From IMG/VR virus record IMGVR_UViG_3300029288_000054, positions 1 to 64,000 of that record: DNA of 64,000 bases; one strand, 5' to 3'. Under the pieces are notes generated by a model. It was not told where the DNA came from, did no database searches, and worked only from the letters and a program-made list of their open reading frames with translations. The stretch comes from a virus (lineage: Duplodnaviria > Heunggongvirae > Uroviricota > Caudoviricetes). This document shows, piece by piece, positions 35,509 through 45,271 of this stretch. Positions within the stretch are counted from its first letter, which is position 1, and the number at the start of each line of letters is the position of its first letter. Position numbers and translations under genes: made by a program.

Positions 35509-36041
35509 AGAAAATAAATTCGAATGAATTTTGTTATTTGGCTAAATCAGAATTATTTCTTACGTGGCTGAAAAGCCTCGACTCTACAATACACACAGAT
35601 TTGATCAATTTCTTGATGAGCGGACAAGGATGTACTGAAAACAGAGCTAAGATGTACGACTTATTGCAAGCCATTATCAAGAATAGGCAATGGGCTTTGG
35701 CATTAGAATCATTCTTAATGCAAAATTTCCCCGCCATGCTTGTTGATGATTCTAAGGCATCACAGACGACACAGAAAAACAAGGAAGTAGATAACAAACA
35801 TAGCGTCTTTGCTTATTATGATCCGTCCCTAGCAACATTCCCCAGGAGAATAATATTCTCCAGTGACGATCTTCAGAAACAAGTACGCGACTTCTGCGCT
35901 AGACAATTCTACTGTGAGTGGATTATAGTAGAAGACCGCGCCTACGTCGAATACATCTCACACGACGTAGCGGCACACAAATCGGAGATACCTGAGAAGA
36001 ATTGGCAAATTAGAGCCTTCAAAAAGAATTCTAGTATATGA
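35505..36041 (+). CDS. hypothetical protein
   Basis: ATGA coupling. Confidence 0.65.
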   Translation: MKKINSNEFCYLAKSELFLTWLKSLDSTIHTDLINFLMSGQGCTENRAKMYDLLQAIIKNRQWALALESFLMQNFPAMLVDDSKASQTTQKNKEVDNKHSVFAYYDPSLATFPRRIIFSSDDLQKQVRDFCARQFYCEWIIVEDRAYVEYISHDVAAHKSEIPEKNWQIRAFKKNSSI

Positions 36042-36057
36042 CGCTCAAAAATATCTT

Positions 36058-38544
36058 ATGATCGATAAGCCCCGCAACGTTCAAAACGCTGCCGATGTAG
36101 ACAAAGATGAAACGGATGACATCAATGTTATGGGTCATCCGGAGCGAATCGTCAAACAACCCGGCAAGCCGGTCAAGAGGGTCCTTAACGAGCTTGATCC
36201 AGAGTGCCGCGATGATATTGAGGCACCAATTCGATTACAGGAGCTAGCAATGGCACAATCACGTCTATCCGAAGCTGTCCAAGACTACAAGGGAGTCAAA
36301 GGCGACTTCATGACCAGTATGGGTGGTAAGACCGATAAGCTCGGTGGAAAACAAAAGAATACCGGTGCCGGTATCGAGAAGTTTGGCGAAAGCACTTCTG
36401 GTGAAGCTGCCGATGGCATCACTACCAAGCTCAAAGATCTCAACCTAAAGACCAAGCAGAAGAATACGGGTGGGACATTCGAGACGCAGAACATTTCTGC
36501 CGGTAGTGCCGACGACGGCATCACGACTGCTATCAAGACGATGGGTGCTGAGCTTGGCCAGAACTCGATGCAGAAGAATAAGGGTGGTCAATTCGAGCCT
36601 CTGAAGGGCAGCCGGGACACGATGGGCAACAGCGTGGCCGAGGAATGGTCGCTTGATAATATCGCTACTATCATGGAAGGCGATAGCATCAACCTCCAGG
36701 ACCTATTTGACTCCTTCAGCAAGAATTCATCTTACGTCTGTCTGGAAGACTTCCAGCAGCTCTGCAATGCCCACGGCGTTCAAACCATTCTTTCTGAGCA
36801 GAACTTGAAAGCCCTTATGGCCGCTAGCCGCAAGTTCATGTTCTACGAAGGGAATGATGCCAGTGGTAGATTCTGGCAGCCACGTCCGCTATCCGAGATG
36901 GTCGGCACTGGTGCTGTCGCTGCTGCTCCAGTAGCCGAAGAAGACGAAGTGCCTCCAGAAGTGGTCGATGAACCAGTTCCCGAAGTCGCTGAAGTCCCCG
37001 AGATTCCGGGTGGAGAAGGCGAAATCGAAGCCGGTATGGAAGTCGAAGAGCAACCGGACGATCTGGCTGATGTGTTCCAGCAAATCGGCGTCGATTTCGA
37101 GAGAGCCGCCAACATGATGGCTGGGCACGACGAGTCAGCCGAGACACCGGAAGACGAGGCTGCCGAAGGCGACCGCCCTTTTGACGAGATCGAAGGCGGT
37201 GAAGAGGAAACGGCTGAATGCACCGAGGAGGTCTGTGAAGAGGCCCCTGGCGAGGAAGTCGGTGATTCGGCTGAATCCGGTGGTCTGATCAACAAGATTG
37301 CTTCTGGCGTCAAAGGCAAAGCGGCTTCTGTCGCTATGAAGGGTCGTGAAGAGGACGAGCAGAACGCTGTCGACCCATCGAAGGAAGTTGTGAAGATGAA
37401 GGTCGAATCTCGTAAGTGTGCCAAATGCGGCACGACCTTGGACGAAAGCGGCTGCGTCATGTGCGATTTCTTGCGTGAGAGCAGCGACATCGGCGAAATG
37501 AATGGCGAAGACGCCAAGGCCGATAAGAATGGCCATTATACGTCTGACAAGACGAAGAAGGGCCAAGGCGAACTCGGCAAAAAGGTTCCTCCACAAGAGA
37601 CATGCGAAAGCACGTCTGGTGCGGCATCTGACGGCATAACAAGCGAAATCCCCGGCAAGCAGACTCCGCTGAAGCCCAAGATGAAGAATACGGGCGGGCA
37701 AGCTGCTTTCAAGGGTGGCTCCGGGACGATGAAGGAGAATATTCTCCGTCTGTCGCACGTAGTCAAGGAAGCCATCACCCGTGGTGCTAGAAAGATCGGA
37801 AGGGCTGGCAAGTATACGGTTCGATTCGGTGTGACAGCCGAAGGATCAAAGGCCATTTTCCCGACGCTCACCGATGCACTGGCTGTTGTCGAAGAATTGC
37901 TGCAGGTGTGCGACAACAAGGCTGTTGTACTTGAAGCCCTGTACTCCATTCCTCATCAGAAGGAAGTTATCCACCGGCATCGCCTGCCGCTTACCAGAAT
38001 TAAGCGGCGTGATCCAATTGCCTGTGAAGGCAAGATTTTGTTCAAGACCGGCAAGGTTGCGAACGCCTTCGCAGACCGAGTTGTTTCAGAGGGTGTTGCC
38101 TGTCGCGTGAAGAACCATAATTGGGGTGCTGCTGTGGTTGGCACCTTCAGCTGGCCAATCGCGCAGCGAGCTTTCCAAACGATGTCTGAAGCCTGGGGAA
38201 CCCAAATTCACACGCCAGAGCGAGAAGCATTCCATCGTGGTTATGAGGACCAATGGGGTGACAACATCGGTGGTGAAGTTGAACCAGGGCTTGACGATGA
38301 GCCAGAATACAGTGCTGGTGCACCCGGCAACATCGATCCAGAAGGTAATATGTGCCCGAATTGTGGATCGGTTGAAGCGCCAGACGAGCACGGCATATGC
38401 TACGGCTGCGGCGAGCGAAGAGCTGCAGCAGAGCCAGAACTCGAACTCGGCGCACGACCAGACGAAAATCTCGCCGGATCGGACGATTACCTTGATTTCG
38501 ACCAAGGCTTTCAGCCACGGAGACCGATGCCGCGACGGGTGTGA
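36058..38544 (+). CDS. large acidic low-complexity protein, candidate prohead core/internal head protein
   Basis: E/D-rich centre, repeated KQKNTG and ESTSG.A.DGIT motifs, CxxC pairs, many (L/I/M/V)xE sites. Confidence 0.6.
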   Translation: MIDKPRNVQNAADVDKDETDDINVMGHPERIVKQPGKPVKRVLNELDPECRDDIEAPIRLQELAMAQSRLSEAVQDYKGVKGDFMTSMGGKTDKLGGKQKNTGAGIEKFGESTSGEAADGITTKLKDLNLKTKQKNTGGTFETQNISAGSADDGITTAIKTMGAELGQNSMQKNKGGQFEPLKGSRDTMGNSVAEEWSLDNIATIMEGDSINLQDLFDSFSKNSSYVCLEDFQQLCNAHGVQTILSEQNLKALMAASRKFMFYEGNDASGRFWQPRPLSEMVGTGAVAAAPVAEEDEVPPEVVDEPVPEVAEVPEIPGGEGEIEAGMEVEEQPDDLADVFQQIGVDFERAANMMAGHDESAETPEDEAAEGDRPFDEIEGGEEETAECTEEVCEEAPGEEVGDSAESGGLINKIASGVKGKAASVAMKGREEDEQNAVDPSKEVVKMKVESRKCAKCGTTLDESGCVMCDFLRESSDIGEMNGEDAKADKNGHYTSDKTKKGQGELGKKVPPQETCESTSGAASDGITSEIPGKQTPLKPKMKNTGGQAAFKGGSGTMKENILRLSHVVKEAITRGARKIGRAGKYTVRFGVTAEGSKAIFPTLTDALAVVEELLQVCDNKAVVLEALYSIPHQKEVIHRHRLPLTRIKRRDPIACEGKILFKTGKVANAFADRVVSEGVACRVKNHNWGAAVVGTFSWPIAQRAFQTMSEAWGTQIHTPEREAFHRGYEDQWGDNIGGEVEPGLDDEPEYSAGAPGNIDPEGNMCPNCGSVEAPDEHGICYGCGERRAAAEPELELGARPDENLAGSDDYLDFDQGFQPRRPMPRRV

Positions 38545-38555
38545 TTTCGACCTCT

Positions 38556-38608
38556 CGACAAAGGCGACAGATAGCGGCTGACGCACCGCATGACTGTCGC
38601 CTTTGTCG
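38556..38608. terminator. long stem-loop after the 828-aa gene
   Basis: CGACAAAGGCGACAG ... CTGTCGCCTTTGTCG 15-bp inverted repeat with inner GCGG/CCGC. Confidence 0.65.
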
Positions 38609-38625
38609 TATCTGGTAGATATATT

Positions 38626-38916
38626 ATGCGTACTATTAGGATTCCTATCATCGAAAGCAAGCAAAGCAATCAAGCTAAATTGTTTCGTAAGTTGCCACCA
38701 GTTGCGAAGGAATTATTCGTAGTTATAGCTAAGTTATCGCAATCGAAAGGAACCATAGCGATCGATGATATCAGAAATCTGAATATGTTCGGAGCCACAC
38801 GAGATATCGAGAATCTTCTGTACACCTTGGAATCGCGTGGCTTTGGCGAAGTTACGATAAATGGTGCTGAGACTCACTTCATACCTAATAAGATATTGGT
38901 ACAATCAGTTCTATGA
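38626..38916 (+). CDS. small winged-helix-like protein
   Basis: LPPVAKELFVVI...DIENLLYTLESRGFGEV. Confidence 0.55.
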   Translation: MRTIRIPIIESKQSNQAKLFRKLPPVAKELFVVIAKLSQSKGTIAIDDIRNLNMFGATRDIENLLYTLESRGFGEVTINGAETHFIPNKILVQSVL

Positions 38917-40112
38917 AATTATTAGCAGAGAAAAGTCTCAGAGATACTGGCAGTCGCCGTCTTGGTAAGCATAAATATCCCAGGTCGTCGTTCAAGTATC
39001 TATCATATAATACCGACCCCAAGCCTGACATTCTCGTCCTTGGAGATTGGAAACATCCGAGAACTAAGAATAATTTAGTTGCCGGAATAAACTTGAATTA
39101 TTTATCTAGCGGCCAGCTAGAAAAACTCCGTAAGGTAGCTGATAAAGTTTTCCGAAGAGATTCGTTACGTTCAAGATATAGATTCCTAAAGTCAGTGTTA
39201 CCAGATGTCGCGATGTACTATCGGACGTATGATTCCAAGTACATCAAGAGTATAGAACGTAGCGCACTCGATTCATATGTCAAGGCTAAGCCGACATCGA
39301 GGGACGAGAAAGCACAGACGACATCGGATACTGGAAGAGCAGCACATGTTAAAGAACCAGAAAAGGATATAGACCAACGCTCTGACGAGCTAGATCGTGA
39401 GACGTGGCAGACGAAGCGAAGGCTTTACGAGCCGGAAAAACAGAGACGCAGAACATCACCGGAACGCATCGGTATCGCTGGCAGCGAGCTAGCGAAGAAA
39501 GCCAAGGATGCAAGATATAAGCGTGATAGACGGAAACTTAAGGAATTAGAACGTCAGTTAGCTATAGATAGAGAACTACGCAGGCAGGCTGAATTATCCA
39601 GGAAACCAGAAGAGCCGGAGGAGCCAGAAGCACCGGAAGATAGACGTCGACGCAGAACTGGTGATTATGGCCCTGAATACCATCTAGATGATTTGGGATA
39701 TGAATCCTATATCAGAAGCCATAAGCCTGGCTCCAAGTTAATCACAGAGGCGAAGCATAAGAGTTTGTTCGCTGTTTTCGACGTGCTATCAGAGCAATTT
39801 GTTGTTGATTCTGTTATAAACCACGCAGAAATGCTCTTCGATGCCGGATGGGACTACGATCATACTGTATTATTCGAAGTAACTGATAATGAATTAATTG
39901 TCAGATCAGATTGTTCCGATACCGCCATGAAGCGTGCTATTGAGTGTTTCAAAAATAGCACTGTAAAAAATATATTGCTTGAATCTAGGTTTAAAGATCC
40001 AAGCTACGATCCAGAACATCCAGAAGAGTGCTGCCCGCACTGCGGAGCCAGACTAGAACGCGGTGATGATGGTATCTGTAATCGTTGTGGGAAGCCTTGG
40101 CCTGAAGAGTAA
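38913..40112 (+). CDS. putative DNA end-protector (T4 gp2-like) N-terminal domain with charged extension and C-terminal Zn ribbon
   Basis: DPKPDILVL...AGINLNYL...YRTY resembles the gp2 GLNLHYL pattern; CPHCG...CNRCG. Confidence 0.4.
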   Translation: MKLLAEKSLRDTGSRRLGKHKYPRSSFKYLSYNTDPKPDILVLGDWKHPRTKNNLVAGINLNYLSSGQLEKLRKVADKVFRRDSLRSRYRFLKSVLPDVAMYYRTYDSKYIKSIERSALDSYVKAKPTSRDEKAQTTSDTGRAAHVKEPEKDIDQRSDELDRETWQTKRRLYEPEKQRRRTSPERIGIAGSELAKKAKDARYKRDRRKLKELERQLAIDRELRRQAELSRKPEEPEEPEAPEDRRRRRTGDYGPEYHLDDLGYESYIRSHKPGSKLITEAKHKSLFAVFDVLSEQFVVDSVINHAEMLFDAGWDYDHTVLFEVTDNELIVRSDCSDTAMKRAIECFKNSTVKNILLESRFKDPSYDPEHPEECCPHCGARLERGDDGICNRCGKPWPEE

Positions 40113-40156
40113 TTATCACCGCCCAAAGATATAAATGACTTTTTGGAGAAACAAGC

Positions 40157-42574
40157 ATGCCACTGACCAAAATACCATTACACACATCGTTGGTTGATAA
40201 GCAGTGGATTCAGGTTAGCGGGCCTGATGACATTATCAGCGGATTTGCCTATGACGCTGAGACCAGATCTTTGTGGGGTCGTGACAGTCAAATCAGCCAA
40301 ATTGGTATTCACGGTACCAGCCATATATCATCTGACCCCATTCCAACCGCAACTTGCGATACTATGGGGTTGATGGCGGCAGACGATAAGTGTAAGCTCG
40401 ACGCACTTACACAGATGAGACTTGGTATCGTCGGCTTCCAGGGTGCTGGCTTTCCTGACGATGGTGGTTGGTTACAGGGCGACGTTATACTTGCGGCTGG
40501 TAGCGAGTTTGTCTCTATCGAGCGATTCGGTAACGTCATTAGATGGACGGTTGATTCACCTATTCCGCTGAGTTGCAATGTGGAGACATGTGCATCGATA
40601 TTCTGGGTCCAAGATGAAACAGAGGTTGCATCTATTCGCCCGCCCTCTTGTGCTGGTAAGCTACCTGGGACGAGCTCGTACGGCGAGATGAAGGTCTATC
40701 TGCTCCCGGAATCGATGATTATCGATCCAGCAGATCCGGCCACCTCACTCAATAAGAAGACGAACTATCCGTCGTTGATTTTCAAGCGATACGACGACTC
40801 TGTAGCCCCTGGAGTTGCTGAATTCGAGATGGTGTTGAAGCGAACTGCTTCGAATAACACCCAAACGAATGTCGGCTGGGCTTTCACGCCTGGTGCCGGT
40901 GCTACTCCTGAATGTGTGTGGTTCATGGGTAGCAATAGTAATGGCGATCAAGTTCGCTTCGACTTGAATATGGAATCAGCCCCCGGTATTCTTGGTGGGT
41001 TACTCTATAACGGCAACTTGCTAACGAAGCGTTCAGCGGTCATCACCGACTACACAACACAAATCCTGGCCACTAATCAGTACGTCTGCAAATGGTGGGA
41101 TGTTCATGGGGCTACGGTCGCAGATAATGCGTCGTTTATAGCAACGAACGTATGGCAATATAGCTATCCAGAAGGCGGCATCAATAGCAAACAACTGATT
41201 CTCGATAAGACAATCGGCATTCTGCCAATCGGAACCATTGTTGATATGTGGTTCTTCCAGGTCGGATCTGTTAATGATGTGCCGATTCGGCAATACGTCT
41301 TCAACTGCAAACCGACTCTCGATGCGCAGAATGTCTGGTCAGAGGTTGGTGGTGTCGAATTCGGCACACAACTTACAGCGAGAACTGAACCAGCGACACC
41401 GACAGCCACATTCGACTACGAGTTAGTCAATGACGTCCGTAATCTTGAGCACAAGATTTGGGGTATGACCGGTATTGATCCGCCATATCTGCTCACCGAG
41501 GTTACTGGTGGGACTGGCGGATCACAGATCATGATTTTCGATGTCAACGACCAGTATATCGCACATATCGATACGTCATTGCCGGGCCTGCGGGTTGATA
41601 GACAATCAACGACAGAAACATACCGGCAACGACCTGTTTGTTTGTGGAATAGACATATCGGTTCCTCAAGCCTTGTGAATATTCATCTTGGCAGGCCGAA
41701 TGAAACCGGTGTCTATCCGCCGTATGACATTCTTCTTAACGCACCAATCGACAGTAACGAAGAATACTTCCTGAACGTTGTCGAGACAGGTCCGTTAGCG
41801 AACGATACTGGTTATTATGCTCTATTCCGTGGTGCTACGTTCGAGGACTTACCACAGAGCGGATATATTCGGCTTCTGACTGGTTTGAATGCCGGAACCA
41901 CTTGGAGATACGACTACAAGGCTATATGTTCGCTGCATGCCGAGGATGTTGTAGCTCTGATAGGATCGACACCATTCACTGGTCTGATTACCGAGGTTGC
42001 ACAGGTTTTACATCAGGAATATAATAGCCCCTGTGTCAGATTAAATTTCACATTGACAGCCGCGAACAAGGTTGAGTTATACTTCAAAGTTGGTACGCTC
42101 GACATGGGCAGGGACTACGAAGATGACACTATCAGTGTCGCCGACGACTTTGTGCGAGGTCTTGCACCTGGATATGCTGTGAGCGGCACCTATATCCAAG
42201 ATGCACCTTACAACGGCAGCGGAGCAGCACCAGGAGTTAATGTACCTGGCTTCATCGTCTATGATGGTGGCTACGGCTTGTCTCCAAGTACCACAGGAAA
42301 TGTGGAATATTGGAACGAATTAGAAATTATGCAACGTGGTAGTCAAGTCTGGATATGGTGGAATGGATTGCTTATTCCGCCTAGTACGGATGCTAGCGGG
42401 ATTCTTCCGACACCAGTAGCAGTCTCTACCCCATACTTCCCAATCATCCGTGAGACTCCAATGGGCAAGTTTGGTATGAGAATGTTCCCTGGATGCAAAC
42501 TACGCCGTATCGTAGTGCGTGGATATGATCGAGCATTCTCCGAATATGTTCATGGCCAGTTAGAACTAGCATAG
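40157..42574 (+). CDS. virion structural protein
   Basis: GLMAADDKCKLD fibre motif shared with the 26751 and 31239 proteins; beta-rich; GGAG RBS. Confidence 0.65.
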   Translation: MPLTKIPLHTSLVDKQWIQVSGPDDIISGFAYDAETRSLWGRDSQISQIGIHGTSHISSDPIPTATCDTMGLMAADDKCKLDALTQMRLGIVGFQGAGFPDDGGWLQGDVILAAGSEFVSIERFGNVIRWTVDSPIPLSCNVETCASIFWVQDETEVASIRPPSCAGKLPGTSSYGEMKVYLLPESMIIDPADPATSLNKKTNYPSLIFKRYDDSVAPGVAEFEMVLKRTASNNTQTNVGWAFTPGAGATPECVWFMGSNSNGDQVRFDLNMESAPGILGGLLYNGNLLTKRSAVITDYTTQILATNQYVCKWWDVHGATVADNASFIATNVWQYSYPEGGINSKQLILDKTIGILPIGTIVDMWFFQVGSVNDVPIRQYVFNCKPTLDAQNVWSEVGGVEFGTQLTARTEPATPTATFDYELVNDVRNLEHKIWGMTGIDPPYLLTEVTGGTGGSQIMIFDVNDQYIAHIDTSLPGLRVDRQSTTETYRQRPVCLWNRHIGSSSLVNIHLGRPNETGVYPPYDILLNAPIDSNEEYFLNVVETGPLANDTGYYALFRGATFEDLPQSGYIRLLTGLNAGTTWRYDYKAICSLHAEDVVALIGSTPFTGLITEVAQVLHQEYNSPCVRLNFTLTAANKVELYFKVGTLDMGRDYEDDTISVADDFVRGLAPGYAVSGTYIQDAPYNGSGAAPGVNVPGFIVYDGGYGLSPSTTGNVEYWNELEIMQRGSQVWIWWNGLLIPPSTDASGILPTPVAVSTPYFPIIRETPMGKFGMRMFPGCKLRRIVVRGYDRAFSEYVHGQLELA

Positions 42575-42682
42575 ACGCCGTGGCCTTTGGAAGCCTTCTT
42601 TGAGGTCTTCTTTTTCGGACCTCCCAGAAGGCACAGAGACAGCAAACGTGCAAAAGAAGTAGCAGAGAAGAGCTTGGGCGGT

Positions 42683-42979
42683 CTATTTCTTGTTTTTACA
42701 TCGCTGCTGATTCGCTAATAAGATGGCTTCCGTTTCCATCATTTCCCTTTCAATCTTGTCGAATCGCGTTTTGGCTTCTTTGAATATCTGATGCAGGTTC
42801 TTATCGCCAATAGGTATTATCTTCGGTATCGCCGTGCCTCCGACTGTACAATTTACAGCGACTCTGGCTAGTCGATCAGCTTCCTCCTGATCTTCCGCGA
42901 CACCACCGAAGAAAACGCCCTCGATGTATATCCCTATTTCTTTATCATCGATTGCCTTACCATATATCACTACTAGCAT
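42683..42979 (-). CDS. hypothetical protein
   Basis: GAGGA RBS. Confidence 0.6.
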   Translation of the reverse strand: MLVVIYGKAIDDKEIGIYIEGVFFGGVAEDQEEADRLARVAVNCTVGGTAIPKIIPIGDKNLHQIFKEAKTRFDKIEREMMETEAILLANQQRCKNKK

Positions 42980-43021
42980 TTACGTTCCTCGCCAAAGTTA
43001 ACTGCCTTGCTCACCCTGTAG

Positions 43022-43513
43022 TCACCTACCAGACGAACCGAAACCAGCTTCTCCTCTTTGATTGTATTCAGTGCTGAATTCATCTACTTCAATAAACGCA
43101 GCACTGTACGTCTTGTGTAAGATGATTTGCGCAATCCTGTCGAATTTCTTGACATGATATTCGACATCCGAAATATTCATCAAACGAACAAACAACAAGC
43201 CTGTGTATGTCGCGTCAATTATGCCGTGGAATGGCGCAACACCAGCGATCCACATGCTTGATCGTCCTTCGACGGTGTAATAATATCCCTTAGGACAAGC
43301 AACGATTATTCCCGTCCTGATATTCTCGGTACTATGTGGCTTGATCGTTACGTCTTCAATCGAGAAGATGTCGTAGCCAGCATCCGTCTCGCGTTTGCGG
43401 TATGGGACTCGTGCTTCTGGATCGACGAGCTTATATTCAAGACGTACGTAATCGATAGGCCATTGACGTAATATTGCTTTGTCGGCGAGAGGAAATACCA
43501 GCGTTGGATTCAT
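43022..43513 (-). CDS. dut: trimeric dUTPase
   Basis: DAGYDI, GRSS, GIIDATYTG, DRIAQ, RGEAGFGSSG motifs. Confidence 0.97.
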   Translation of the reverse strand: MNPTLVFPLADKAILRQWPIDYVRLEYKLVDPEARVPYRKRETDAGYDIFSIEDVTIKPHSTENIRTGIIVACPKGYYYTVEGRSSMWIAGVAPFHGIIDATYTGLLFVRLMNISDVEYHVKKFDRIAQIILHKTYSAAFIEVDEFSTEYNQRGEAGFGSSGR

Positions 43514-43529
43514 TTGTATTTCAGCTTGT

Positions 43530-43895
43530 ATGGATGATATAAATGATTTTGATGTTTCTCAACTGCGATGGTGGCGATGTGTCGCTGCTGATACTGAGGA
43601 TAAAATACAGACCTTCACTGCAGAGATCGACCCGGATCGCGTCTACGCAGAATTCAATAAAATACGACGAGATTTGCAGCAGAAGGGCTGGTGTTTTATC
43701 GAAGCCAAGCCAATCCCAGAAGAAGAGCTTCTAGCAGCAGCAAAATTGTCGAGATTCAAGGCACGCAAACGTGAGCAACTGCGTGGCCTTACTGGGCGGC
43801 ATTACTCTCCGATTTCTCTTTGGCGAGTCGCACTATTTGCTGTGCTATTTGCTTTGCTAGTTCTATGGCTGGCGTATCACCATTTAAGTACTTGA
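43530..43895 (+). CDS. hypothetical membrane-anchored protein, weakly PilC/GspF N-domain-like
   Basis: WRCVAADTEDKIQTFTAE...IRRDLQQKGW; C-terminal TM overlaps the tmk 3-prime end. Confidence 0.45.
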   Translation: MDDINDFDVSQLRWWRCVAADTEDKIQTFTAEIDPDRVYAEFNKIRRDLQQKGWCFIEAKPIPEEELLAAAKLSRFKARKREQLRGLTGRHYSPISLWRVALFAVLFALLVLWLAYHHLST

Positions 43896-44502
43896 TGTGT
43901 TCGAGAGGCACATATCTCGATAGCATCATTAGTGCTTCTGGGCTCAACTTGAGCAGATTATCATACAGGTCGCCGACTCTTTTCAGTAGATCGACGTTGT
44001 GATCATATCTATCAGATTTCGAACGATCAGTCGATTTGTTCATACGCTCGACGATCGTCTCCCATCGATTTGATATGATGAAGACCCTATCTGGTGCAGG
44101 CGATTGCACAAGACCGAGTAATTTGTTAATTGCGGTCAGTTTCAAACCTTCAGACACACCATAGACAATGCAACTGATATAATTCGATCTATCGGCAAGC
44201 ATGACACCGCCTTGCTCAAGGTGCGGTATTAACTGGGTGTTGACGAAACAACTATGGTCCACCATCATCATCATTTGGACCGACATACTATCGATTTCGA
44301 TTGGTGGTCCGCTTGGTGTAGAGAATAGTTCCGGTTGTTTGACGAGCTTACGTAGGTGTTTGCCGAGCGGCGTAGCTCCAGGATGATGAGTGAGAATGCA
44401 ATTTAGCTCTGTGTTTTTCAGTTCCTCAACAACCATATGGGCCAGAGTCGATTTTCCTGAATAATCCATCCCCTCGAATACGATATACAATCCTTGATGC
44501 AT
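43789..44502 (-). CDS. tmk: thymidylate (dTMP) kinase
   Basis: IVFEGMDYSGKST P-loop, HPG, LADRSNYIS..YG, PDRVF. Confidence 0.92.
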   Translation of the reverse strand: MHQGLYIVFEGMDYSGKSTLAHMVVEELKNTELNCILTHHPGATPLGKHLRKLVKQPELFSTPSGPPIEIDSMSVQMMMMVDHSCFVNTQLIPHLEQGGVMLADRSNYISCIVYGVSEGLKLTAINKLLGLVQSPAPDRVFIISNRWETIVERMNKSTDRSKSDRYDHNVDLLKRVGDLYDNLLKLSPEALMMLSRYVPLEHIKYLNGDTPAIELAKQIAQQIVRLAKEKSESNAAQ

Positions 44503-44554
44503 TTTTCTCTTCTACTTGTATGGTTAGCGGTGCCGTTTCTTTTCCAATACGCGG

Positions 44555-44980
44555 CTAGATCTCAGGATTCTTTACCTTAGGTCTTGGATTCTTGGCGACT
44601 GCGATTACTCGGCGGTCACGCCATTCAGTTTCCAAGAAAATCGCATCACCCCTAGCAACTTTTAGTTTATTAATTAGGACTTGTGATCTAGCTGCACACC
44701 GATATAAGACTTTCAAATATGCCGCCAGTTCTTTTGGCGGCTTCTTACCAGCAAGCTTCTGGATTTGACCAACTAATATCCATAGATCCTTTTGGAGCTG
44801 TTGCGTCTTACAGATGGCGTCACCGCTGGTGACATAGTACATCTCTGGATTGAGTGTAGGTACATTAGATAACCCGAATTCAGCCGGGTCAATATGATCG
44901 AGATGGTCGTATATCTTTATTTCAAAGACAGTGCATGATTCGTCATAATCACCACCAATCGGCACTGGCTCTATATACAT
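44555..44980 (-). CDS. hypothetical protein
   Basis: 141-aa ORF in minus-strand run. Confidence 0.6.
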   Translation of the reverse strand: MYIEPVPIGGDYDESCTVFEIKIYDHLDHIDPAEFGLSNVPTLNPEMYYVTSGDAICKTQQLQKDLWILVGQIQKLAGKKPPKELAAYLKVLYRCAARSQVLINKLKVARGDAIFLETEWRDRRVIAVAKNPRPKVKNPEI

Positions 44981-44982
44981 AA

Positions 44983-45216
44983 TTACTGTTGTCTCGCTAC
45001 GTATTCTTCTAGATATTCAGGAGTCAGGCCATTGCGTTCCATTAGCGTAGGATGTGCTAGATAGAATTGAGCAGTACACAAGCCCGGATGTACGCGATAG
45101 AACTGACCGTCAAGTAAGACGACCATACAATTTGCAGCATCTTTACCGCATTGAGAACATGCTGTTGGAATAACGTCAGCAACCGGTGCCGGATCAGTTT
45201 TATCATTTATATCCAT
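44983..45216 (-). CDS. hypothetical protein
   Basis: GAGGA RBS; CSQC. Confidence 0.55.
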   Translation of the reverse strand: MDINDKTDPAPVADVIPTACSQCGKDAANCMVVLLDGQFYRVHPGLCTAQFYLAHPTLMERNGLTPEYLEEYVARQQ

Positions 45217-45271
45217 ATAATCCTCGCTAGATCGCCAATGTATTATTTACTATTCAGAACTAGACAGAGTA

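Noticed and set aside
36836-38673. Long antisense ORFs opposite the 828-aa gene (also 8281-8928 and 48786-49481)
   Set aside because: Shadow ORFs from codon bias of the sense genes; S/P-rich, no RBS or motifs
42575-42682. Possible tRNA or ncRNA in the convergent intergenic gap
   Set aside because: Only an imperfect hairpin (GCCTTCT...GAGGTC...GACCTC...AGAAGGC); no cloverleaf or T-loop motif; likely a terminator
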